64,000 nt of DNA from an uncultured Muribaculaceae bacterium (lineage in GTDB: Bacteria; Bacteroidota; Bacteroidia; Bacteroidales; UBA932): positions 94,275 to 158,274 of the forward strand of contig CAYWIW010000001.1 in assembly GCA_964458425.1 (NCBI GenBank), written 5' to 3'. Below the pieces are notes generated by a model. It made no database searches and was not told where the DNA came from. It was given only the letters and a program-made list of their open reading frames with translations. The translations under genes and the position numbers were made by a program. This document shows positions 56,909-64,000 of this stretch, piece by piece; within the stretch, counting starts at the first letter, position 1; each line of letters opens with the position of its first letter.

Positions 56909-59900
56909 ATGTCTTTAAAGAAAATCGTACTGTCTCTCCTCCTGACACTCGCTCCATTGGCGGTTCTGGCCCAGACCAAGACCATCAAGGGTGTGATCTA
57001 CGAGGAGGAAAGCGGCGAGACTATGCCGGGAGCGACAGTGTCGGTTGTCGGATCCACCAAGGGTGTGATGACTGACCTTGACGGTTCCTTCGAGCTGTCC
57101 GGAGTCAAGCCGACTGACAAACTTAAATTTGAGTGCCTTGGAAAGGAGTCTCAGATTCTGGAGGTCGGAAGTATGACCAACTTCATCGTTAAGCTGAAGA
57201 ACGCGGCTAACGAACTTGACGAGGTGACCGTTGTCGCCTTCGGTAAACAGAGAAAAGAGAGCACCGTGGCCGCCATCACCACCGTTGATGTCGGAACATT
57301 GAAGGTGCCGTCCAGCAACCTGACCACAGCCCTTGCGGGTAATGTCGCCGGTGTCATCGCCTACCAGCGTTCCGGTGAGCCGGGACAGGACAACGCCGAC
57401 TTCTTCGTGCGCGGTATCACCACATTCGGAGCCAACACCAGCCCTCTGATCCTCATTGACAACATCGAGCTGACCTCCACCGATCTCGCCCGCCTTCAGC
57501 CGGATGACATCGAAAGCTTCTCGATTATGAAGGACGCCACGGCTACCGCCCTCTACGGAGCGCGCGGAGCTAACGGAGTCATCTTCGTGACCACAAAACG
57601 CGGCCAGGAAGGCCCGGCTAAAATCTTCGCCCGTGTCGAGACTTCTATCTCCCAGCCGACCGACGTTGTCGAGCTTGCCGACCCTATCACCTATATGAAG
57701 TCCTACAACGAGGCCATCACCACCCGTGACCCTCTCGGAGAGCTGATGTACTCCTACGACAAGATCGAGAACACCGGGAAGCCGGGCTCCAATCCGTACA
57801 TCTATCCTGCCAACGATTGGTACAAGATGCTTTTCAAAGATTTTTCTACGGCGTATCGCGCAAACGTTTCCGCACGTGGTGGAGGCAAGGTTGCCACCTA
57901 CTATGTCTCCGGTGCCTTCACCCAGGACACAGGTATTCTGAACGTCGATAAGAGGAACAGCTTCAACAACAACATTGACCAGAAGACATATACCCTGCGC
58001 TCCAACATCGACATAAATGTGACCCCGACCACAAAGCTTGCCGTCCGCCTTACCGGCAACTTCACCGACTACCGCGGACCGCTCGACGGAGGAAACAAGG
58101 TTTATGTGGATGTGGTTCACTCCGACCCTGTGCTCTTCCCGGCCTACTATCCTATGGATGACGACCACATCGGAATCAAGCACATTATGTTCGGCAACTA
58201 CGATAAGGGGCAGTACACAAACCCTTACGCCAATATGGTGAAAGGTTACCGTGACTACCAGCGCTCACAGATGATAGCCGCCATCGAGCTGAACCAGAAT
58301 CTTGATTTCATCACAAAGGGACTCAGCGCTATGACTCTCTTCAACCTGACCCGTCTTTCTGACTTCAGCGTGAACCGTCAGTTCAGCCCCTTCTGGTACA
58401 CCCTCAACACCCACGATTCCTACACCGGAGAGTACCACCTTGCCCGAATCAACGACGACGGTACCGATTACCTCACCTACAACGAAGGCAACAAGACGGT
58501 ACAGAACACATTGTACTCGGAAACGCGCCTTAACTACGCCCGCGACTTCGGCCGCAGCGAGGTCACCGGACTGTTGGTTCTCACTGCCTACGAGTCACGG
58601 AAGGCCAACGCCGGTTCCCTCCAGCTTTCCCTCCCTTCCCGCAACGCCGGTCTTTCCGGACGTTTCACCTACGGCTGGGACAAAAGGTACTTCACCGAGT
58701 TCAACTTCGGTTACAATGGATCGGAACGCTTCCACAAGTCCCACCGCTGGGGATTCTTCCCGTCCGCCGGAGCCGCCTGGGTGGTCTCCAACGAGCATTG
58801 GTTCAAGTCTTTGAAGAAGACAGTTGACAACCTCAAGCTACGCGTCTCCTATGGTCTCGTCGGAAACGACAAGATCGGAAGCGAGAGCAACCGTTTCTAT
58901 TATCTCTCCGAAATGAACATGAGCAGCTCCAGCCTGTCAGCCACTTTCGGCGAGTTCCGCGGAGTGACCTATAAGGGCATCGATGTTGTCCGCTACGCCA
59001 ACGAAGCCATCACGTGGGAAAAATCCTACAAGACCAACTACGCTGTCGAAATAGGCTTGTTCGACAATTTCGACCTCATCGCCGAGTACTTCACGGAGAG
59101 ACGCAAGGACATATTTATGTCCCGCGCCGATGTTCCTGAGACAATGGGACTTCAGGCCGGCATCTCCGCCAACATCGGAGAGGCGAGGGCACACGGCGTG
59201 GATCTCCAGGCCGAGTACCAGAAAGTTTGGAGCAAGGATCTCTGGACATCGGCGAGAGCCAACTTCACCTGGTCAAACGGAAAATACGATGTCTACGAGG
59301 AGCCTACCTATCCCGAGAAGTACCGCCAGCACGCCGGCCACTCGATCAAACAGACCTGGGGCTACATCGCCGAACGTCTGTTCATCGATGACGAGGAGGC
59401 AGCCAACAGCCCTGACCAGACTTCATTCGGCTCTCCTTACGGCGGAGGTGACATCAAGTACACCGATGTCAACGGCGACGGCAAGATTACCTCCGCGGAT
59501 ATGGTCCCTATCGGCTATCCTACCTCTCCGGAGATCATCTACGGCTTCGGTGTGTCCATCGGTTACAAGGGTGTTGACCTTTCCGTGTTCTTCCAGGGCC
59601 TTGGCCGCGAATCATTCTGGATCAATGCCACAAGCACCTACAACACAAAGAACAACATTTACGGCACCGCTCCGTTCGTCAACAACACGCAGCTGCTTAA
59701 GGCATATTCCGACAGCCACTGGAGCGAGGACAACCGCGACATCTACGCTCTTTACCCAAGGTTCAGCTCCTACGAGAACCGTAACAACACGGCGACAAGC
59801 ACCTGGTGGATGAGGGACGGCTCGTTCCTCAGGCTGAAGCAGCTAGAACTAGGCTACACCCTTCCGCAGAAGCTCACTCGCAAGCTCAGCATCGACAGCC

Positions 59901-60043
59901 TGCGGCTTTACTTCCAGGGCAACAACCTCTGGTGCTGGAGCAAGTTCAAGCTTTGGGACCCAGAGCTTGCCGGAAACGGCCTCAACTACCCTATTCAGAG
60001 GACATTCAACTTTGGTGTGAATGTTACGTTCGACACCAAATAA
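56909..60043 (+). CDS. SusC/RagA family TonB-dependent transporter
   Basis: CarboxypepD-like N-terminus, LDEVTVVAFG, DIESFSIMKDA.ATALYGARGANGVI.VTTKRG plug, YPIQRTFNFGVNVTF. Confidence 0.97.
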   Translation: MSLKKIVLSLLLTLAPLAVLAQTKTIKGVIYEEESGETMPGATVSVVGSTKGVMTDLDGSFELSGVKPTDKLKFECLGKESQILEVGSMTNFIVKLKNAANELDEVTVVAFGKQRKESTVAAITTVDVGTLKVPSSNLTTALAGNVAGVIAYQRSGEPGQDNADFFVRGITTFGANTSPLILIDNIELTSTDLARLQPDDIESFSIMKDATATALYGARGANGVIFVTTKRGQEGPAKIFARVETSISQPTDVVELADPITYMKSYNEAITTRDPLGELMYSYDKIENTGKPGSNPYIYPANDWYKMLFKDFSTAYRANVSARGGGKVATYYVSGAFTQDTGILNVDKRNSFNNNIDQKTYTLRSNIDINVTPTTKLAVRLTGNFTDYRGPLDGGNKVYVDVVHSDPVLFPAYYPMDDDHIGIKHIMFGNYDKGQYTNPYANMVKGYRDYQRSQMIAAIELNQNLDFITKGLSAMTLFNLTRLSDFSVNRQFSPFWYTLNTHDSYTGEYHLARINDDGTDYLTYNEGNKTVQNTLYSETRLNYARDFGRSEVTGLLVLTAYESRKANAGSLQLSLPSRNAGLSGRFTYGWDKRYFTEFNFGYNGSERFHKSHRWGFFPSAGAAWVVSNEHWFKSLKKTVDNLKLRVSYGLVGNDKIGSESNRFYYLSEMNMSSSSLSATFGEFRGVTYKGIDVVRYANEAITWEKSYKTNYAVEIGLFDNFDLIAEYFTERRKDIFMSRADVPETMGLQAGISANIGEARAHGVDLQAEYQKVWSKDLWTSARANFTWSNGKYDVYEEPTYPEKYRQHAGHSIKQTWGYIAERLFIDDEEAANSPDQTSFGSPYGGGDIKYTDVNGDGKITSADMVPIGYPTSPEIIYGFGVSIGYKGVDLSVFFQGLGRESFWINATSTYNTKNNIYGTAPFVNNTQLLKAYSDSHWSEDNRDIYALYPRFSSYENRNNTATSTWWMRDGSFLRLKQLELGYTLPQKLTRKLSIDSLRLYFQGNNLWCWSKFKLWDPELAGNGLNYPIQRTFNFGVNVTFDTK

Positions 60044-60055
60044 TGTACGGGAATT

Positions 60056-62026
60056 ATGAAAAAGTCATTTAAGAATATCACAATTTCGCTGTTGGCGGCG
60101 GGGGCATTGTCTGCGGTCAGCGGCTGCAACCAGTTCCTTGACGTTGTGCCTGATGACGGCCTGGCGTCAATCGAGACGGCCTTCAACCTCAGATCGACGG
60201 CCATTAGGTATCTGGCCACCTGCTACTCCTATATGACCAACGATGGCGTGGCCGGAAAGGACAGCGGTATGCTCACCGGTGACGACCTGTGGGATCTTGA
60301 CACCCGCGTCACCACGTATCTCTACAACAAGAACTCAGCCTCGTTCCCTATCGCGAAAGGCCTTCAGAGCGCCGCTATCTGCTACAACAGCGACTGGAAG
60401 AGTATGTACGAGGGAATCCGTTGCTGTGACATCCTTGTGGAGAACATCGACGGCGTCCCGGATATGACCGAGGATGAGAAATCCCAGTGGAAGGCCGAGG
60501 CTTCGTTCCTCAAGGCCTACTACCACTTCAACCTTATCCGCAAATGGGGTCCCGTCCCGATCATCCGCGAGAGCCTTCCGATAGACTCTTCAGTCGAGGA
60601 GGTGCGTGTGTACCGCGACAATATTGACGATTGCTTTGACTTCGTGCTTGACCTTCTGGACGAGGCTTTGCCCTATCTGCCTCTTGTCAACCCGTCCTCC
60701 GACGAGCTTGGCCGCATCACCAAGCCAATCTGTGCCGCTCTCAAGGCCAAGGTCGCCGTTTATGCCGCTAGCCCTCTGTTCAACGGCAACGATGAGGAAG
60801 CCGCCTTGGTTGACGGCAAGGGCGAGAGACTCTTCCCGGCAAAGTCCGAAGCCGACAAACTCAAACGTTGGGAATATGCCCTTGAGGCTTGTGAGGATGC
60901 CATAGATGTCTGCGAAGAGGCCAACCTAAAGCTTTATGACAGGGTCAATGTGGAAAGGGAATACAGGATGTGCGACTCACTCATCACCGACCTCACAATC
61001 CGCAACGCTTTCTGCGAAAGATGGAACAGCGAGTTGATCTGGGGCAACACCCAGGTCTCCACCGGAACATTCCAGCAGTGGTGCGCGCCTATTCTGCAGA
61101 AAGACGCAGACGGGGCCAAGCTTGGCGGTATCGGAGGAACCGACTTCATCGGAGTTCCGCTAAAGATAGCCGAGATGTTCTACACAAAGAACGGCCTTCC
61201 GATCAACTACGACAAAGAGTTCGCAAGTACGGACCAGTACAGTCTCAGAACCGGAGACACCGCCCATAAATACTACATCAAGCAGGGCTACCAGACCATC
61301 CAGCTGAACTTTGACCGTGAGCCAAGGTTCTATGCCGACCTTGGATTCGACGGTGGCAAGTGGCTCGGAGCCCTTGGCAACTACAATGACCTTCAGCCCG
61401 ATGACATCCACACCCTTGAGGCCCGAGGCGGAAGCTCCAACGGAAAGACCAACAACAAGGAAGCCGGTCCTGTCACAGGCTATTTCCCCAAGAAACTCGC
61501 CCCTTACAGGCTGATTTGGTCAGGGAACGCCTCCTTTGCGTCGGTATCGACATATTGGTACCCTTGGCCGATAATCAGACTGTCAGACCTTTACCTGCTT
61601 TACGCCGAGGCCATCAATGAGGCAGAGGGACCTGACGGAGCCTACAGCGAGGAGTTGTTCAACGCTCTTGACGCGATTCGCAAGCGGGCCGGAATCCCCG
61701 GCGTGAAAGAGTCCTGGGACAACTACAGCACGCGCCCTGACCTCTACAAGTCACAGGTCGGAATGCGTGAGATCATCCATCGCGAGCGTCTGATCGAGCT
61801 GGCGTTCGAGAGCCAGAGATTCTGGGATCTCCGCCGTTGGAAGGAGGCTTCCACCGAGTACCAGAAAGGAATCTACGGATTCCGTGTCTCGGCCTCGTCT
61901 CCGGGCGAATACTATCAGAAGACTCTGGTCTCAGAGCAGAACTTCGGTCTCAAGGACTACTTCTGGCCTATCTACACGTACTACATTGAAAGAAACCCTA
62001 ATCTGGTGCAGAATCTGGGCTGGTAA
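60056..62026 (+). CDS. RagB/SusD family lipoprotein
   Basis: Lipobox VSGC, FLDVVP, AYYHFNL, LGRITK, REPRFYA, IIRLSDLYLLYAE, ERLIELAFE.QRFWDLRRW. Confidence 0.96.
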   Translation: MKKSFKNITISLLAAGALSAVSGCNQFLDVVPDDGLASIETAFNLRSTAIRYLATCYSYMTNDGVAGKDSGMLTGDDLWDLDTRVTTYLYNKNSASFPIAKGLQSAAICYNSDWKSMYEGIRCCDILVENIDGVPDMTEDEKSQWKAEASFLKAYYHFNLIRKWGPVPIIRESLPIDSSVEEVRVYRDNIDDCFDFVLDLLDEALPYLPLVNPSSDELGRITKPICAALKAKVAVYAASPLFNGNDEEAALVDGKGERLFPAKSEADKLKRWEYALEACEDAIDVCEEANLKLYDRVNVEREYRMCDSLITDLTIRNAFCERWNSELIWGNTQVSTGTFQQWCAPILQKDADGAKLGGIGGTDFIGVPLKIAEMFYTKNGLPINYDKEFASTDQYSLRTGDTAHKYYIKQGYQTIQLNFDREPRFYADLGFDGGKWLGALGNYNDLQPDDIHTLEARGGSSNGKTNNKEAGPVTGYFPKKLAPYRLIWSGNASFASVSTYWYPWPIIRLSDLYLLYAEAINEAEGPDGAYSEELFNALDAIRKRAGIPGVKESWDNYSTRPDLYKSQVGMREIIHRERLIELAFESQRFWDLRRWKEASTEYQKGIYGFRVSASSPGEYYQKTLVSEQNFGLKDYFWPIYTYYIERNPNLVQNLGW

Positions 62027-62035
62027 CTTTAATTA

Positions 62036-63355
62036 ATGACACAAAGTATGAACAACATATTCAAGACAACATTCTTTCTGCTCTGCTCCGCTCTTCTTCT
62101 TGCCGCCTGCGACGACGGAGCGAATGAGTTTGGACGTATAGACCAGAAAGACGAGAGCATCCCCGCTCCAAGCCCTGTTTCGGTAGAGAGCGTGAGAAGC
62201 ATCAGCGGAGGGGCTGTCATCAAGGTGAACATCCCCGATGATGACAACATCAAGGGTGTCATCGCAAAGTACACCCGCAACGGAGAGCAGGTAAACGCGA
62301 AAATCTCCCGCTACGTGGACAGCCTTACCGTGGTGGGCTTCGTTGACACCAAGCCGCACACCGTCGAGCTTGCGTCCATCAATGTCAACGAGGTGGAGTC
62401 AACGCCTGTCAAGGTGGAGGTCACCCCTCTTGAGCCGGCCATCTCCCTTGCCACTGCCACTCTTTACCAGACGTTCGGAGGTGTGAAGGTCCGGATTGAC
62501 GGCAACACTCCCAGGGAGAACCTGACAATCGTTCTTCTGCGCGACACCGACCTCAGCGATTTCGACAAGCCGGTCAGCCAGATGAAATGGGAGCAGGTGA
62601 CCACGCTGTTCACAGCCGCCGAGCAGATAACTCTTTCAAGGCGTGACATTGAGCCTGTGGAGGCCATCTTCGGAGCCTACCTCCGCGACAGGTGGGGCAA
62701 TGTGTCCGACACCGTGAAGGCGATCCTCACCCCTTTGGAGGAAGTCAAGCTCACGAAGTCCAAGTTCAGGGACGCAAAGATCAAGGATGACAACTGCACC
62801 GCCAGCTCGTCCAAATATGGAGTGGATATGCTTTGGGACGGGCTTAACGACCCTGACGGAAAGGGGACGAACCTCTTCGACAGCAACCCTGCGGCTTTGC
62901 CGGCGTGGATCACCATCGATCTGGGAGTGCTGACCAAGCTCAGCCACGTCCAGACCCTGCCACGCGGCCGTAACTACTACTGCTACGACGGCGCACAGGT
63001 GCGCAAATTCGAATTCTGGGGAAGCAAGAACCCTACCGGCGAAGTAGTGGCCGGGAACGAACACGGATTCGACAACACCTGGTTCTGCCTCGGACGTTTT
63101 GAGCAGACAAAGCCGTCCGGCTATGATCCTGACGGTGCGGTCGGCCCTATCACCCAGGATGACAGGGAGTATTGGAACAAAGGCAATGACTTTGAGTTCA
63201 ACAATGAGGAATACCCTCACGCCTACGACGAACTCCGCTACCTGCGCGTTGTCTTCGTGGACACCTTCGCCTCTTACGGCTACACCGGCAGCTCGTTCAA
63301 AATCCAGATGGGTGAGCTGACCCCTTACGGACAGGTGCTTCAGGAATATAGATAA
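62036..63355 (+). CDS. PUL-associated lipoprotein, DUF4959/DUF5126/DUF5000-type
   Basis: Lipobox LAAC; GGAVIKVNIPDD, TFGGVKV, DRWGNVSD, WITIDLGV, RYLRV; paralogue of 1595..2818. Confidence 0.8.
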   Translation: MTQSMNNIFKTTFFLLCSALLLAACDDGANEFGRIDQKDESIPAPSPVSVESVRSISGGAVIKVNIPDDDNIKGVIAKYTRNGEQVNAKISRYVDSLTVVGFVDTKPHTVELASINVNEVESTPVKVEVTPLEPAISLATATLYQTFGGVKVRIDGNTPRENLTIVLLRDTDLSDFDKPVSQMKWEQVTTLFTAAEQITLSRRDIEPVEAIFGAYLRDRWGNVSDTVKAILTPLEEVKLTKSKFRDAKIKDDNCTASSSKYGVDMLWDGLNDPDGKGTNLFDSNPAALPAWITIDLGVLTKLSHVQTLPRGRNYYCYDGAQVRKFEFWGSKNPTGEVVAGNEHGFDNTWFCLGRFEQTKPSGYDPDGAVGPITQDDREYWNKGNDFEFNNEEYPHAYDELRYLRVVFVDTFASYGYTGSSFKIQMGELTPYGQVLQEYR

Positions 63356-63365
63356 AAACCGCTTT

Positions 63366-64000
63366 ATGATGAATATGAAAACATTGAAAACAAGCATATT
63401 TGCATCCGCTATCGTCCTTGCCGCGGCCGCCTGCACCTCACAGGATGACATCTACAAGGAGTTTGTCAAGGGCGGTGGCTACATCTATCCGGCCAAGGCC
63501 TTGAACATCAAGTCTGAAACCGGATTCAACAAGGTGACGCTGTTCTGGCCTGTACCGAAGGATCCTTCCGTCAGAAGCGCCAGGGTCTACTGGGACAGCA
63601 GGTCCGACTCGGTTGATCTGAACTACTCGGATTTCACAGACACCGTGTCCGTGAAGATAGAGGGTCTCGACGACCGTGGCTACACATTTGAAATCGTCAA
63701 TTTCGACAAACTCGGCAACAGGTCTATGTCATCCGAACTTACCGCCACTCCTTATGGCAAGAACTGGCTCTCGACCCACGAGGAAAGAAAGTTCACCCAC
63801 GCTTGGGTTGACGGCACGACAGCCACGGTCCAGCTTACGGAATCGACATCCGAGATGGTGGCCACCAAGTTCCGCTACAAGAACACGGAGGGAGAATGGG
63901 TGGAGTACGGCCCGAGGATGACTCCGCGAGAGGTAAGTTTCAAACTTCCTGACGCCAAGCGCGGAAAGTACTTCGAGTTCTGCTCGGGATTCCTCCCAAG
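63366..64000 (+). CDS. DUF4998-type lipoprotein (3' truncated by window edge)
   Basis: Absent from the ORF track because it has no stop: MMNMKTLKTSIFASAIVLAAAACTSQDDIYKEFVKGGGYIYPAKA...GFNKVTL...YTFEIVNFDKLGNRS. Confidence 0.8.
   Translation, partial: MMNMKTLKTSIFASAIVLAAAACTSQDDIYKEFVKGGGYIYPAKALNIKSETGFNKVTLFWPVPKDPSVRSARVYWDSRSDSVDLNYSDFTDTVSVKIEGLDDRGYTFEIVNFDKLGNRSMSSELTATPYGKNWLSTHEERKFTHAWVDGTTATVQLTESTSEMVATKFRYKNTEGEWVEYGPRMTPREVSFKLPDAKRGKYFEFCSGFLP

Noticed and set aside
56915-58183. 422-aa ORF antisense to susC
   Set aside because: Shadow frame produced by strong C-ending codon bias; no recognisable domain. The same applies to the many antisense ORFs over rpoB, rpoC, the MFS genes and dapD.

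Overview
This 64 kb window is from a moderately GC-rich Bacteroidales chromosome. The TAnnTTTG promoters, SusC/SusD loci and gene order support the order-level call; a UBA932/Cryptobacteroides-like lineage is only an inference. From left to right it holds: (1) the tail of a SusC/D PUL, a GntR-MFS / ROK-phosphomannose-isomerase sugar-catabolism cluster and a GH78; (2) tRNA-Leu, rpsP and rimM; (3) a diaminopimelate operon of the succinylase type (M20 hydrolase, lysC, dapB, dapA, dapD, dapF) and two tandem MFS genes; (4) dxs and the conserved tRNA-tuf-secE-nusG-rplKAJL-rpoBC cluster; (5) a TPR/HTH membrane regulator, a ThiL homologue that has lost its catalytic aspartates, an EEP hydrolase, a serine hydrolase, DUF296, aroB and an aroD-aroA fusion; (6) a mostly AT-rich accessory island of about 7.6 kb with Rpn, FRG plus a small wHTH-like ORF, a Big_2/LRR surface protein carrying perfect 240-bp repeats, structured non-coding segments and decayed AbiEii/MNT toxin genes; (7) xth, GH92 and a second, paralogous PUL. 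The best leads are the intact but catalytically degenerate ThiL, a palindromic operator found three times that defines a GntR regulon, near-total CATG avoidance outside the island, two structured RNA candidates in the island, and the FRG/Rpn defence-like genes. All family calls come from motif recognition by eye; no database searches were run.
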